DNA of 59,750 nt, taken from Macrostomum lignano (lineage: Eukaryota). Numbering within the stretch: the stretch's first letter is position 1; each line of letters begins with the position of its first letter. The notes beneath the pieces were generated by a model, which saw only the letters and a list, made by a program, of their open reading frames with translations, did no database searches and was not told the DNA's origin. This document shows positions 10,695-23,995 of the stretch, piece by piece. The position numbers and the translations under genes were made by a program. The stretch covers positions 156,236 to 215,985 of the forward strand of contig NIVC01001985.1 of the NCBI GenBank assembly GCA_002269645.1. The letters are read 5' to 3'.

Positions 10695-13600
10695 ATGGTA
10701 AGTTAGGGCCTAAGTTGAAACTGGTAAAGTTTTAAATGGTAAATTAAACTAAATAATCATTCAGTCTAATTATGTTTATCATCCTTGTCAGACTATGTTT
10801 TATCCATTCTTAGAAATTGAAAGCAAATGAAAGTAATTTAAACGAAAAACTTTGTCCTTAATTACATAAATAAACCATCAAAGCTAGTTCACATATGCTT
10901 CACTTACGACTATTGCCTAATTATCTTTTCATTGTTAGTGACAACTTTTATAGCAGCTATAAAAATATCTCATTTAACTAGCATAATTTATTACGGCAGT
11001 TATTGTATGGCTAACTTTAATTATACGAGAAATAGTTTTAAATTGCATAAAAAATTAATTCCAGATGCTATCTATTTGATTGTTAATCGATGTACATGTA
11101 AAACTTTATGCAAGTGATATTATTTGTTTGCAAATTTAAGCACACATATGACTGGGAATTTTTATTGCGTACAAAAATGCTGCATTGTATAGTATTTAAG
11201 TGAAAAATATATTATTAAGTAGACTTACTGCATGGTCTATTCCCTAACTTGACATATTTTTAAAGACAATTTCTAAAATATTTTTAGATTCATTTTATGC
11301 TACTGTTCAGCAGGCAGGGTAAACTTCGACTACAAAAGTGGTACATCTCTCAGACGGACAAGGCAAAAAAGAAGATCACTCGAGATTTGGTCACTCTTAT
11401 TCTTGCTAGAAAACCAAAGATGTGCTCCTTTTTAGAGTGGAAAGAGTTGAAGATTGTGTATAAAAGGCAAGGACACACAATACCACTGTCAGCGTCATTC
11501 TCAGATATCGCATATTTAAAAAACTCTTCATGCCATTGGTACTTTTACAGATACGCGAGTCTCTATTTCTGCTGCGCTATTGAACAGCAGGACAATGAGC
11601 TTCTCTGTCTCGAAGTCATACATCGCTATGTTGAACTTCTTGATAAGTACTTTGGAAGCGTAAGTGCTCGTACTCAATGTACTATTCAGAAGTAGATTGA
11701 CTTTGTGTTTTTTATATACAAACAAAACAGGCTTGATTTAACTTCTACAGGTCTGCGAGCTGGACATTATATTTAACTTTGAGAAAGCCTACTTTATGCT
11801 GGACGAGTTTATACTAGGCGGTGAGGTTCAGGAGACAAGCAAAAAGAACGTGTTGAAGGCCATCGCCGCGCAGGATCTGTTGCAGGAGGTAAATTCTTAA
11901 TTATCAAGGATGTTTTTTGTACAGTGCTTGCACTCCAAAAGTGCTTCTTATGTTTGCTTGATTCAATAAATGCTTCTTGTTTATTTTTAATTAACAACGA
12001 ATGAGAAACATAGCAAAAATCTAACATGCACATTCATTGCTGTATGCTTATTTTTTGCATTTAACTTTTGCGTTTAGCTTTGTCCAACTCTGCTGTTTTG
12101 ACTGTCTCAAATGGAATTCAGGTGTCTCACAAGTGTCTCAGATGTTTAAACAATGTAGATCACACATGGATTTCAGGTGTCTCATATTCCTGGAATTTTC
12201 CTTGCACACACAATAGGAGTTAAGATGTCTTACTTGGCGATTTCAGGTGTCTCACAATGGATTTCAGGTGTCTCACAATGGATTTCAGCTGTCTCACATT
12301 GGATTTCAGCTGTCTCACAATGGATTTCAGCTGTCTCACAATGGATTTCAGCTGTCTCACAATGGATTTCAGCTGTCTCACAATGGATTTCAGCTGTCTC
12401 ACAATGGATTTCAGCTGCCACACAGGGGATTTCAGGTGTCTCAAGATGGATTTAATGTGTCTCACAGGGAATTTCAGGTGTCTTACGATGGATTTCGGGT
12501 GTCTCACAATGGATTTCAGGTGCCTCACAATGAATTTCACTGCCAATCCTAATATTCCACATGGTAAATGAAGAATGTGCTTTTAGAAAGTTCAGTAGTA
12601 TTTCGCGATTAGTTCAAACTTAGCAGAGAACTGTTAAGAATTAAGCCATTTAGGACACTAAGCCACTAGGACGGAAGCTAGTAGGACTGTCCTTCCGCGC
12701 AACCAAATTCAATTCAATAAGCGACTCAACCGCCCTCCAATAAATCTAGAACGATGCCCTTTTGGAAGCGCTAAAAGAATACGGATTGATTTAACCGAGT
12801 TGCAAGAACGCCATCATGCGATTCTCTATGCATAAGTCTACTATATAGTACTATATAGAACGAGCGAAAATATTTGCGTTATCGCAAGCCGAATTATTAC
12901 TCAGAAATTTGTTTCTTTGTCAGTGTTAGAAGATCCTTGTCTTTGTTATTTCCTGACAGTTCTATTATAAACTGTTTGTCACTATACTATTAATTATATG
13001 GCTGCCAATCCTAAACTGACAAATTCACTTATTTTCAAACACGATGCACCGCATTGATGATGTTGATTTTGTACTGTATCCCACCTTCACGTGCATTCCA
13101 GCATCAATTTCATTTATATAAGTACTGTCAACTGACTTCTATAAAAAATCTAAACCATTTTTGTTAAAACTTTCAGCTATATTTTGCTAGAATTTTAAGT
13201 CCGAATATTGCAGTATTAGCGACTCGTACGAGATTAAACAAATCGAAGATACGACACAGATTTATTTTGAATAATCGGTTTTAATGACGTGTTTTTTGAA
13301 AGTTGAATCTAAAACAAATTAAACTTTGGTATATCACTTTATTATATTATGCTTATAGTTTCTGTCAGATTGACTGTCTCGATCCAAATGCTCGTAAAAT
13401 GTGTTTTACCTACCTGCCAATTGCCCTTAAATGTAACTTAATGAGAAATGGAATCTGCACATTCTCGGTCGGGATCTCGCAAGCTGGTTTCTCAATTTTC
13501 AACAGCTTCAATTTTGAACAAATAGCTGACATTCCTTTTACCCGATTGTACGTGTCTAGGTATTAATAAAATATTAATGTTTTCAATAATCATTATTAGT

Positions 13601-14185
13601 GGAGTTCAATTACCTAGCAATAAAAGTACACAATATTTGTGTCACCTATTTCTAATCACGCCCGATTGTGTGATCATTTCCATCAATTAAGGAGGAAACG
13701 CCGCAGGGATTTTTCGAGGATCACGGTCTTGGATAATAATCGCAGCCTAGTCAGTAGCTACTATTAGTAGTATATCTTATTTTCCTACTAATAGCGAGTC
13801 GCTCATAAAAATTGTCAGAAGTTTTATTTTATTGGTGGTGATGGTTTTTTGTTTTTTTGTTACAGAAAACTTCCACAATTTTGCCATTTATTGTCGTTGT
13901 TGTTGTGGTGGTGGTTTCGCTTGCCTTATTAAATTCTCAGCCAAGTAGTAGCCATGGTTACAAGTTCATCCATTCTATTACCTAGATTTTCGTTAAGCTT
14001 AGCTAGCTACATTTCATATCGAAATTACCTTGTTGTGTCCATTAATGGATATAAGATGTACTTTAATATGAAACTCAATTGGTAATAAATATCGATTTCT
14101 CATTGATTTTCAGGACAGCAACGAGCCCAAATCCGTGCTAGAGGACCTGGGATTGGCCAACATTGCTAGCGCTTTGTCTTCTTGA
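10695..14185 (+). CDS. AP1S2: AP-1 adaptor complex sigma subunit; 5 coding exons
   Basis: Exons 10695-10697 (ATG|GTAAGT), 11288-11466, 11551-11659, 11751-11888, 14114-14185 give [24 protein letters not shown]|YASLYF..YFGS|[19 protein letters not shown]|[15 protein letters not shown]. The invertebrate gene is co-orthologous to AP1S1/2/3. Confidence 0.93.
12238..12545. repeat. 21-bp minisatellite (GGATTTCAGCTGTCTCACAAT) in AP1S intron 4
   Basis: About 14 tandem units. Confidence 0.95.
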
Positions 14186-15594
14186 GTTCCTCTTTGCGTG
14201 GTTGAACTTTTACTTGTTTACAAAAAGTTAAGGCATTGATCGTAGTTTTAACTAAAAAGCCAAAAAATCATTTCGGATCAGTTTGATGTATCTACTAGCA
14301 AGATATTACTTGTTTAGTAGCATTGCAGTAATAAGAATAAGATTAGGATTCGTATTACAGTATTGTGTAGCTTATTAACAGCTACAAGTGTGGAATATAA
14401 TATTTACACGCTTTTAAGATAGAAGCAATTCAAGCTTGTATAATGAGTCTCTTTCTTAAAACACTCGCTGCAATTTTGGTTGGAAGTTTAATCTTTTTAT
14501 ATTGATTTCCTGTTGTCGCTAACTGTTATCAGTAGCTCTAGTTTTCATCATATTTTACGCCCTAGTCATCAGTTTTATTTAGCTATACATGCTTCCTATC
14601 AATAAGATTTATTGGTTGTGTTATCTCTTTTTTAAGGCTTTTAAGCAGCTCTCGCGAATAATACGAGTTACTTACAAAAGTCACGTTGCAAAATGGGGAC
14701 TACAAAAAATCTATCGCGTTTTGCGTCTCCAGATGAATTCTTAAGTTCGTTAAATATATGATCCCTTTTTATGGCTTATCTATAGTGTAGCCCAGTAGAA
14801 TATTGAATGCATTTTAATCGATATTATTAAGCGTATTTTTCCCATATCTCTACTATCAGTAAAATATCAAATAAAAGTTCTTTATGAATAATTTTATACA
14901 TGTAATATTCTGTAATTTTTACTGTAAGTAAAGTAGCAAGCGCATGCTCTTTATTCTGATTGCCATTCTATCAATAAACGTATACGAAATAAAATATTAT
15001 ACTAGCTTGCTCTTCTCTGCTCAACAATGCAGTCTTCCTGATCGATTCTTCCCCTGGTTAATCTCTCTAAGCCTCTCTCTAGTTCTGATGAGTAGCTTTT
15101 TAGACAAATAAAATTACTCAAATTAAATTAATCGCTGGATTTATTTGATTAAAACAAAATTCAGACAGAAAATCTGCCCCATGCTCTGTTTTAATCGTTG
15201 ATTTTCCCGTATGAAGAGAATTGTTTTTTGTCTGAGACGAGCCCAGTAGTTACTCGTCGCGTTTAATTGGCTCTTTCAAATTACGAGTATTAAACTCGAT
15301 TTGTTTAGCGATTTTATCAGACTTAAGCCAGACGTATGTATGGCTATGTTGTTTCTGGGAATTTTCGTCTCAAGCTTCCAGGTGTTTCTCTGTAACCATT
15401 TTTTACCTCACAATACACGCCCCGCACTGGTATTATTGTTAAGTTGTTTTCTTTGAGCTGCAAAGAATGATAACAATTGATTTTTGGACAATGGTGTCTT
15501 AAACAAGCGGAAATTCTTCGAGTTTTAGTTTTATTTAATTCTTTTTTTGCTTGGTTAAATAGCAGCTGTGGAATTATCAATAGAATATATTTTA

Positions 15595-15735
15595 TGAGCA
15601 CACAAGCGCGCCAGTGCTGTAGGCAGGCACGCACTCACGCACACGCTCACACAGGGTGTACAGCGGCCCTGACTGTCTAATCGCCAGGCATGTACACTCT
15701 GTGTGCCATGGGGGTTGGCCTGCTCTGCATAAAAT
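15595..15735 (-). repeat. Dispersed hairpin element, copy C
   Basis: Shares ATGCCTG..GATT..CAGGGCCGCTGTACACCCTGTGTGAGCG..TGAGTGCGTG with copies at 16.3, 23.9 and 57.5 kb. Confidence 0.85.
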
Positions 15736-16329
15736 AACTTACCTAGTGTTACCTAGCGGACAGCTTGCTTCTATATATTGAGCCAGCTGTGTGGTAATCC
15801 ACCCGTGTGTGTGTCTAGAATCAAATCAACCTGCAATTGCTGCCAAACAGCCGGCAGCCCAGCTCCCTTTCTGCACCGCCCACATCTCGGCTCCCCAGCT
15901 AACCCGCAATCCGCCCTAGCTTTCTCCTCCTTCTCCCCCCCCTTTCTGGAGGACTCAAGTAAGGAGTCAATTAATTAATGAGTCTGGCTGAGTCATCTCG
16001 CATGCTTGGGGAGCCAAAGAACTCCTGGGCTCCTGCGGAGGCCGCTTCAGCAGGCCTGAAATAAAGTAAATGAAGCGATGCCCTAGGTCGGCCGTGAATC
16101 ATTAATGCAGAATCCACATTGTTACAGCATATAAATGTACTGCAGTGTATATACCGACTATGCGCTTGTTCGGTTAACATATTTTTGTTTGACTACCATA
16201 TATGGCTGGGTCTAAATTGTTTTTATACTGCTTTGAGTAACACTTCAAAATTATGGCAAGCCTATGATTGTATATTGAAAATTATATTTCTATCCATAGA
16301 GTAATAGTTTTTATTTCGACTAGTCTTGC

Positions 16330-16505
16330 GCATCACGCTGACCCCTGAGCACGCGGGGTGTACCAGCGGCCCTAATTTTCTCAAAGTCAGGCATGTAACA
16401 CACTGCGCCGTTAATAATCATGGATGAGAATCGCACGACAATTTCTGAGCACAATCGCCAAATGTATGTGGCTGCTCACGGAATCGAACCCTTGGCACAC
16501 TGCCC
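16330..16505 (-). repeat. Dispersed hairpin element, copy D (diverged), preceded by a B-box-like GGTTCGATTCC
   Basis: Minus strand: GTGCGATT..CATGA..ACATGCCTGAC..TTAGGGCCGCTGGTACACCCC; GGTTCGATTCC near 16482-16492. Confidence 0.7.
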
Positions 16506-18106
16506 GCGATCTCGCTAGTGTATTCCGAAGCAGAATTGGGGCCTTCAAATAATTCCCCATCATCTTGAAATGTTACGCGTCCTTCTTCTGTATGCTGCAA
16601 TGAAAAGCAGATGTGTAGCAGAAAAGCACTCAGTTGCTGAGGACACCGCATCATGCAGCATCTCTCGCATCTCCCTGGGAAGTTGCTAACTCAAAGGGGC
16701 GTGCGTGATCATAAATTTGAGTCGGGACTGTCTATCAGCCTCCGCTATGCGCGCGGCGGCATACAGTCTTAGCCACTATATAGCTATATCCTTATTTTGG
16801 CCGAGTCCAGTCCGCCGGACAGCCAGAAGCTGCGATGATAGAAAAGTCGAGGAAGAAAACTCGGACGGCCAAGACAGAGAAGTCATAAATATTCAGCCAA
16901 GTAGTGCATTCGCTGCCCCCGCTGCCTGCCCCCTTCAATTCCTTTTTCTTCTCCGAGCTCTCACGCCTCTCTCCCCATTTTAATCCCGCCGATTGCCTCG
17001 GCTTTCGTAATCCCGGGGGGTCTCTCGCGGGGCAGGGAGGCCGGGTGGGAGCTGGAGAATGGGAGGGGGAGAGTATTAGGAAATAAAGTCAAATTCGAAA
17101 CGACCTCGCTCCGCGCTGTTCCGCCGAACAATCGGCACCTCACATACAGAGAAAATGCCTGCGCCTAATTCTGCTGAAAATAAAATCCCAAACTGCATGA
17201 GCGGGTTTGCGGGAATTCCTCTCACTCAGCTTTCCCACTCCCTCTTCCCCTCTTGCGGCTCTCACACCCGATCCAACCCAAAAAACTCGCCCACTTCCCC
17301 CTCTCCCACAGAAAAAGAAGCAGAAAGATGGCGTTAGAGAGTGAAGAGTCCAAGAAATAGATTTGGCCTGCCGCAGAGAGAGTGGGGAGAGAAAAGAAAT
17401 TGGCAAAATACAGAAGACTTCTTCTGAGCCAATACGGCTTAGCGGCCTATGCCCGACGCGCTCGCTGAGCTGACCGAGCGCCCCTCCCACTGGCGGCCAG
17501 CGCCAGCGCCCCGGAGACTCATAAAAGACTCGCCATGCAGGCAGCACTAAGGGCCGGCTGCCAGCGCTCCCTCCCGCCGAGGCTTAATTGGCTTCTCTGT
17601 GAGGGGGGGGGTTGGGAGGCGGGCAGCCCGCGCTCAGATTCGCCTCAGCTTTCCCTCGTTCCGTCCCATCTCTCCCGAAAATGCCCAACGACTAACGGCC
17701 CCTACGCTGCAGTTTATAGCTGCTGCATTCATATGGCTCCCCCCACTGCAGTAGCCGCTGCCTCCGCTCCCTGCATTGCCCCTCTCTCATTCTCTTTGCT
17801 GTCTTTATACCCCAATGGACGCGCACAGTTTTTTGACATCAACTTTGACAAAGCGAGCTTCATTACATCGGCCGCTGCGATAGAACCGATCGGCATGGAA
17901 CTGGGAGACGCTGGCAAGTTGAATATGACTATTCCATTGTGCTCCTCATGATAGCTAGGCGCGGCCTTAGCTTTTGTATTCCTATTTGGACTGGTTAAAA
18001 AGCTCTCAAGAGAAAAAAGTTTAAAACAAGCATTGGTGCAGAACTGCAGGAGATACACAACTGGTGCTCATTTTTAGAGCACAGCAGAAATGAGTGCGTC
18101 TACATC

Positions 18107-19070
18107 TAGTTTTGTAGCAGCACTGAGCTAAGATCGAGTAGTTTTGTAGCAGCACTGAGCTAAGATCGAGTAGTTTTGTAGCAGCACTGAGCTAAGATCG
18201 AGTAGTTTTGTAGCAGCACTGAGCTAAGCTCGAGTAGTTTTGTAGCAGAACTGAGCTAAGATCGAGTAGTTTTGTAGCAGCACTGAGCTAAGATCGAGTA
18301 GTTTTGTAGCAGCACTGAGCTAAGATCGAGTAGTTTTGTAGCAGCACTGAGCTAAGATCGAGTAGTTTTGTAGCAGCACTGAGCTAAGATCGAGTAGTTT
18401 TGTAGCAGCACTGAGCTAAGATCGAGTAGTTTTGTAGCAGCACTGAGCTAAGATCGAGTAGTTTTGTAGCAGCACTGAGCTAAGATCGAGTAGTTTTGTA
18501 GCAGCACTGAGCTAAGATCGAGTAGTTTTGTAGCAGAACTGAGCTAAGATCGAGTAGTTTTGTAGCAGCACTGAGCTAAGATCGAGTAGTTTTGTAGCAG
18601 AACTGAGCTAAGATCGAGTAGTTTTGTAGCAGCACTGAGCTAAGATCGAGTAGTTTTGTAGCAGCACTGAGCTAAGATCGAGTAGTTTTGTAGCAGCACT
18701 GAGCTAAGATCGAGTAGTTTTGTAGCAGCACTGAGCTAAGATCGAGTAGTTTTGTAGCAGAACTGAGCTAAGATCGAGTAGTTTTGTAGCAGCACTGAGC
18801 TAAGATCGAGTAGTTTTGTAGCAGAACTGAGCTAAGATCGAGTAGTTTTGTAGCAGCACTGAGCTAAGATCGAGTAGTTTTGTAGCAGAACTGAGCTAAG
18901 ATCGAGTAGTTTTGTAGCAGCACTGAGCTAAGCTCGAGTAGTTTTGTAGCGCAACTGAGCTAAGATCGAGTAGTTTTGTAGCAGAAATCGGCTGTGCTTG
19001 AGTAGTTTTGTAGCAGAAATCGGCTGTGCTTGAGTAGTTTTGTAGCAGAAATCGGCTGTGCTTGAGTAGT
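18107..19070. repeat. 32-bp minisatellite (AGTAGTTTTGTAGCAGCACTGAGCTAAGATCG), about 30 copies
   Basis: Highly homogeneous direct repeats, no spacers. Confidence 0.97.
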
Positions 19071-20106
19071 TTCAAACGTGCCATTATATTCGACATTTCG
19101 AGTAGTTAAAAAACTAAAACAGGAATGTCTTCGCTCAGTAATTATTATCTGTCCCTCGTGTTTAGAGTCGAATGCAGTTCTGACTGTTGATGGGATCGCA
19201 CCTGCTCAGCAACCTGCACGGTCAAATAACTGCTATTCAGTTTTAGGGAATCATAGATGGGCTTTTTCTGTCCAATATGGCTCACTACCCGCTCTGAACT
19301 TTCACCGCTAGTAGCAGCCGCTTTTCAGCCAGTGAGTTTCTCCATACTCGCTCACTGACCCGCAATGCAGTCCTGAAGCTAGCCAGCCATCCCCCCATGC
19401 TGTCCATTAATCCTCGGGGCTGAAAGCTCAGCTGGAGCACAACCCCCTGGCTTTAGTTAGTGGCTTGTGCCAAACTTGTTTTATGACACACGATGGAGGG
19501 CTGCAGGGAGGAGTGAGGAATTGGGGGCAGAGAGAGAGGGGAGATTTCAAACCTGCATGCAACCCCCGAAAAAAGTTGCTTAGCACAGAAAGAATGAGAC
19601 TCCGCCTGCGTGAGCCGCTGCAGGACTTTCTCAGCTCCCCTAGTAGGTAGTCACAGGAGTTTTGAAAGAAAAAAACTACAGTGTTGTGCTGAAGCAGCTG
19701 CCAAGAGAAGACGAAAGAAAATGAGTTGCAAAGACTCGCGAGCTCGCATGCTAAGGCTTCGAGTCCGCCTGCGGGCACGCACGTCTCCAACTTGAGCCGC
19801 GAGTGGTCGGATTAAGATATTTATGGGGAGAGAGAGAGAGAGACGCGACTAGAAGAGGGGGTAGCCTGCGACGGATCCTTGAACTTCGTCTTTAATCCCC
19901 ACTCCGATGGCTTGTGCTGGGAGGGAGCGCTAGGATCCTCTATACTCTGCACACTTTCTCCTCGCGACATATTTGGAACGAGTCGGACCAGGAGCTCAGC
20001 TTAATGATCTGCAGCGTGTGTGCGTTGCCCCAGCTCTCTGCCGCGGGTAGGCGTAGGCAAATACTGAGTTCGTTTTGTCTTCTTCTAGTCTGACTGGATG
20101 CAACTT

Positions 20107-20790
<684 letters not shown>

Positions 20791-20791
20791 G

Positions 20792-20875
20792 TAATCTTGC
20801 ACGGAATCGAACCTGGGCCCTATGGCACGAGAGTCGGAGGCAATAAACGCTGAGCTGCTCTGCACCCCCGGATGC
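20792..20875 (-). mobile_element. tRNA-like SINE head abutting the (CTAA)n tract
   Basis: Minus strand GAGCAGCTCAGCG..CCGACTCTCGTGCC..CCCAGGTTCGATTCCGTG; no complete cloverleaf. Confidence 0.5.
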
Positions 20876-22304
20876 AGCTTCCTTTCAGTAAGCATTAGAA
20901 CCATGAAGCGTCATTATCGTTACCATCACAACAGCGGTGAGTCACTGAGGAAGCGGCACCGTCGTTGTTTGGTTTGAAATTTAGGAAGTGTTAATAAGAG
21001 TCGCAGCCCGATGGAGCGCGGGCAGCTGGACACCCCAGCTTTATCGGGGACGGGGGAGGCAACTTCTGACCGTCCGACCGTCGCGTGCGTAAGAATCGAT
21101 GCTGGAAACTTGATCCCCGCACCTGAAGTCCTACCCAGCTTAACTTAACTCAGCTGAGCTCAACTGAACTCAACACAACTATAGACTCAAGCCCGGCTTA
21201 ACTCTCAAAAATTCTCTATTGGGTTTCTACGCCTGTGCAGGAATTGGAAGCGAGAGTTGGGGAAAGCGACAACAATTGCTTGCTTGCTGGCCTGCAGAGA
21301 AAGTTGCCGGGAAGGAATTAAAGGTAACTGCAGTGATGATGGCGGCAGGGGGGGGGCAAAAGCAGCGGGAGGAAGGCGAAAGCAGCAAGTTTCCGTGCTC
21401 TGCCCCTCCAGTCAGTCCCCAAGCGAAGGCTCAAGGAAAACGGCTGAGCCGAGTGTAGGTGAGGACCGACCCGTCAGGAGTGACAGACAGGTGAGGCAGC
21501 GGGGGATTTGCCCTCAGTTTTTTAAAGGGCGGGTGAGGTGGACGGGTTTTAGCCAGCTAGCCCCATTTTCTTCACACCTTTCGCTCGGGCCTCGCAAACA
21601 GCGCCCTTCCCCTCTCAGCTTTAATACTTGCTGCTGCTTGGTTTGGAGTTGGCCTAAAATTTTCCTCTCAGTTCAACTAAAAGCAACTCAAGCCTCTTTT
21701 TATATATCCAAATTAAGATCTCTAGATTTCCCTTAAAAGCCTCCCAGGCTCGTGTGAAAGGAACTGGGCTGAGAAATTGGATTGGCAATGGCAGGGGTAT
21801 CTCTATAGATTAGCATGTAACAATAAATCTGATTGATTGCCTTCTTTATTCGAACATTTGAATTCAAAGCTTCCAGCTCGGGAGGGAGGGGAAATGATTG
21901 AAGCTGGTGGTCAAGGCCGCGTGCTTAAATGATGCCGCCTCGGGGGGCGTTCTGAGCTCAGTATAGCTTAAGTAAAAGCAGTTTAACAGCAGAAAATTCT
22001 CATAAATGCGCTTCCCATTCGGCTTTCCTGTTTGAGCTGCATGCAATTTCATTCGGACTGTTAGCCAAATGAGTGAGGCCTGGCGAGAGTCGGAGAGTCA
22101 ACTCTTTTTTTCTCAGCTCCATTAGAGGAGACAAAAGCGATGCGAGCCCAGTGATGAGAACTCAGCCTCGCCTACCACCCTCATGGGCGGTTCACCCTCT
22201 TTCTCTTTTCTACCTGCATTGTAACCTCTACCTATGCAGAATCTTTCACTTTGGAAATTTCTCCATCTGGCTATAAATATATTTATTTTATTCTTTCGGG
22301 TCAG

Positions 22305-22675
22305 ACATGTGATGTGCCAGTCATGTAATCAGTCGGTCGTGTGATTGTCAGTCATGTAATCAGTCGGTCACGTGATGTGTCAGTCATGTAATCAGTCGGT
22401 CATGTCATGGGTCTGTCATGTAATCAGTCGGTCATGTGATGGGTCTGTCATGTAATCAGTCGGTCGTGTGATTGTCAGTCATGTAATCAGTCGGTCACGT
22501 GATGTGTCAGTCATGTAATCAGTCGGTCATGTCATGGGTCTGTCATGTAATCAGTCGGTCATGTCATAGGTCTGTCATGTAATCAGTCGGTCATGTCATG
22601 GTCTGTCATGTAATCAGTCGGTCATGTGATGGGTCTGTCATGTAATCAGTCGGTCATGTCATGGGTCTGTCATGT
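22305..22675. repeat. 31-32-bp minisatellite (TCATGTAATCAGTCGGTCATGTCATGGGTCTG)
   Basis: About 12 tandem units. Confidence 0.95.
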
Positions 22676-23834
22676 GGCCGTTTTTAAAAAACTTGCTAAG
22701 TTGACTAAGAACTCAGTTTCAAAGTAAAAAAGCCAAAACATTGTTTTGAATTGATTTTGCTCAGATTTGAATATTTTTCATTCAGAAATTAGATTCGATA
22801 GAGTCCCATTCAGAGTTGTTCAAAGCTAAAAGCTCAAATCATTGAGCAACAGCAATGTCAATTTATAACCTATACAGTAGTTGTACTGTTCTATATTTAG
22901 CCGCTTGAAGACATAATCATAAGTTCATAAATCACAAATCATGTCTCACTGTCTAGTGTTAAAACTGTCTGATCTAATTCCAATTTTAGAAACAAACTAA
23001 ACTGAGTCTAATTGTCTGGCCTGAGCTGATCCGGAGCGGAGGCTGCAATGGAAAATCAACTAATCCTAATCCTTGGTCAATACTGATTACAAAAAGATAA
23101 AACGCCAGCATTTTAAACTGCACGAACTTAAGTCTATTTTTAAAGAAGTAAATAAAAAAAGTAAACTTTAAGCTTTATTGCTTTCGATCGTGATTCAAGC
23201 ATAATAATTTGTACATAGTCGAATTCTGTTTAACTCTCATATAGCACTGATGCTGATATCATATCTCATTGTCTAGTTCGCCTATAATATTCATAAAACA
23301 GCTTCAATTATCCTCATTCGCCATTGTTTATCGTCAGCAGTTAAAAACGAATACAATGCTCTACTCATTTTAGTAGCAATATAAAAGTAATTAGTCAGAT
23401 CAGTAGTTATCTTTCTGTTCTGTAATGAGTTTAATCACTGCCCTAGACTTAGCCAATGCATGTGTCCCTGGCGCACTGGGTGGCAATATTATAGTCCTAG
23501 CATTAGCTTTCTTAGTGTTATAACATGACGTTTATGTTTTTGATGCTTGTTTTTTCTGTGCTCCTTTGCTGACCTCACCGTACAAGGCGTGACCTGTGAT
23601 AGAATTGTTAAATAGATTGTCTGCGTTGTTTAATTTAAACAAACAAATAAATCCTTCATATTCGAGCGTTGAATATAATATAATACAAACTATATATAAT
23701 ACAAATGTAACAGTTTATAAAAGCAAGTTGTCTATTTAAACTTATTTTGGATAAAGTTCAGGAGTAAGACGAAGCTAATAAGGAAAAGTTCGTCAAATTG
23801 CTTGTCAGCATTGTGGCAACTACAATATTGCTTT

Positions 23835-23995
23835 ACATTCCTTTGGGGGCTTGTGTGCACGAATATTGTCTATAGGGGGGGGGTTGTGGTGCGATTCACA
23901 CCCGTGATAATGCAGTGTACATGCCTGACGATTGAAAACTCAGGGCCGCTGTACACCCTGTGTGAGCGTGTGTGTGAGTGCGTGTGCTGAGGAGG
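23835..23995 (+). repeat. Dispersed hairpin element, copy B
   Basis: GCTTGTGTGC..GTGCGATTCACA..GTGTACATGCCTGACGATT..TCAGGGCCGCTGTACACCCTGTGTGAGCG. Confidence 0.85.

Noticed and set aside
12177-12571. Repeat-protein ORFs from arrays (also 2533-2990, 26753, 39684, 41942, 43109, 56974)
   Set aside because: Open in several frames only because the stop-free unit repeats; they lie in introns or MITEs
16780-16825. SGGLDS PP-loop-like motif on the minus strand
   Set aside because: The frame stops 9 codons later; consistent with chance
18107-19070. 32-bp repeats (and the other 24-42-bp arrays) as CRISPR
   Set aside because: Units are contiguous with no unique spacers, there are no cas genes, and the context is eukaryotic
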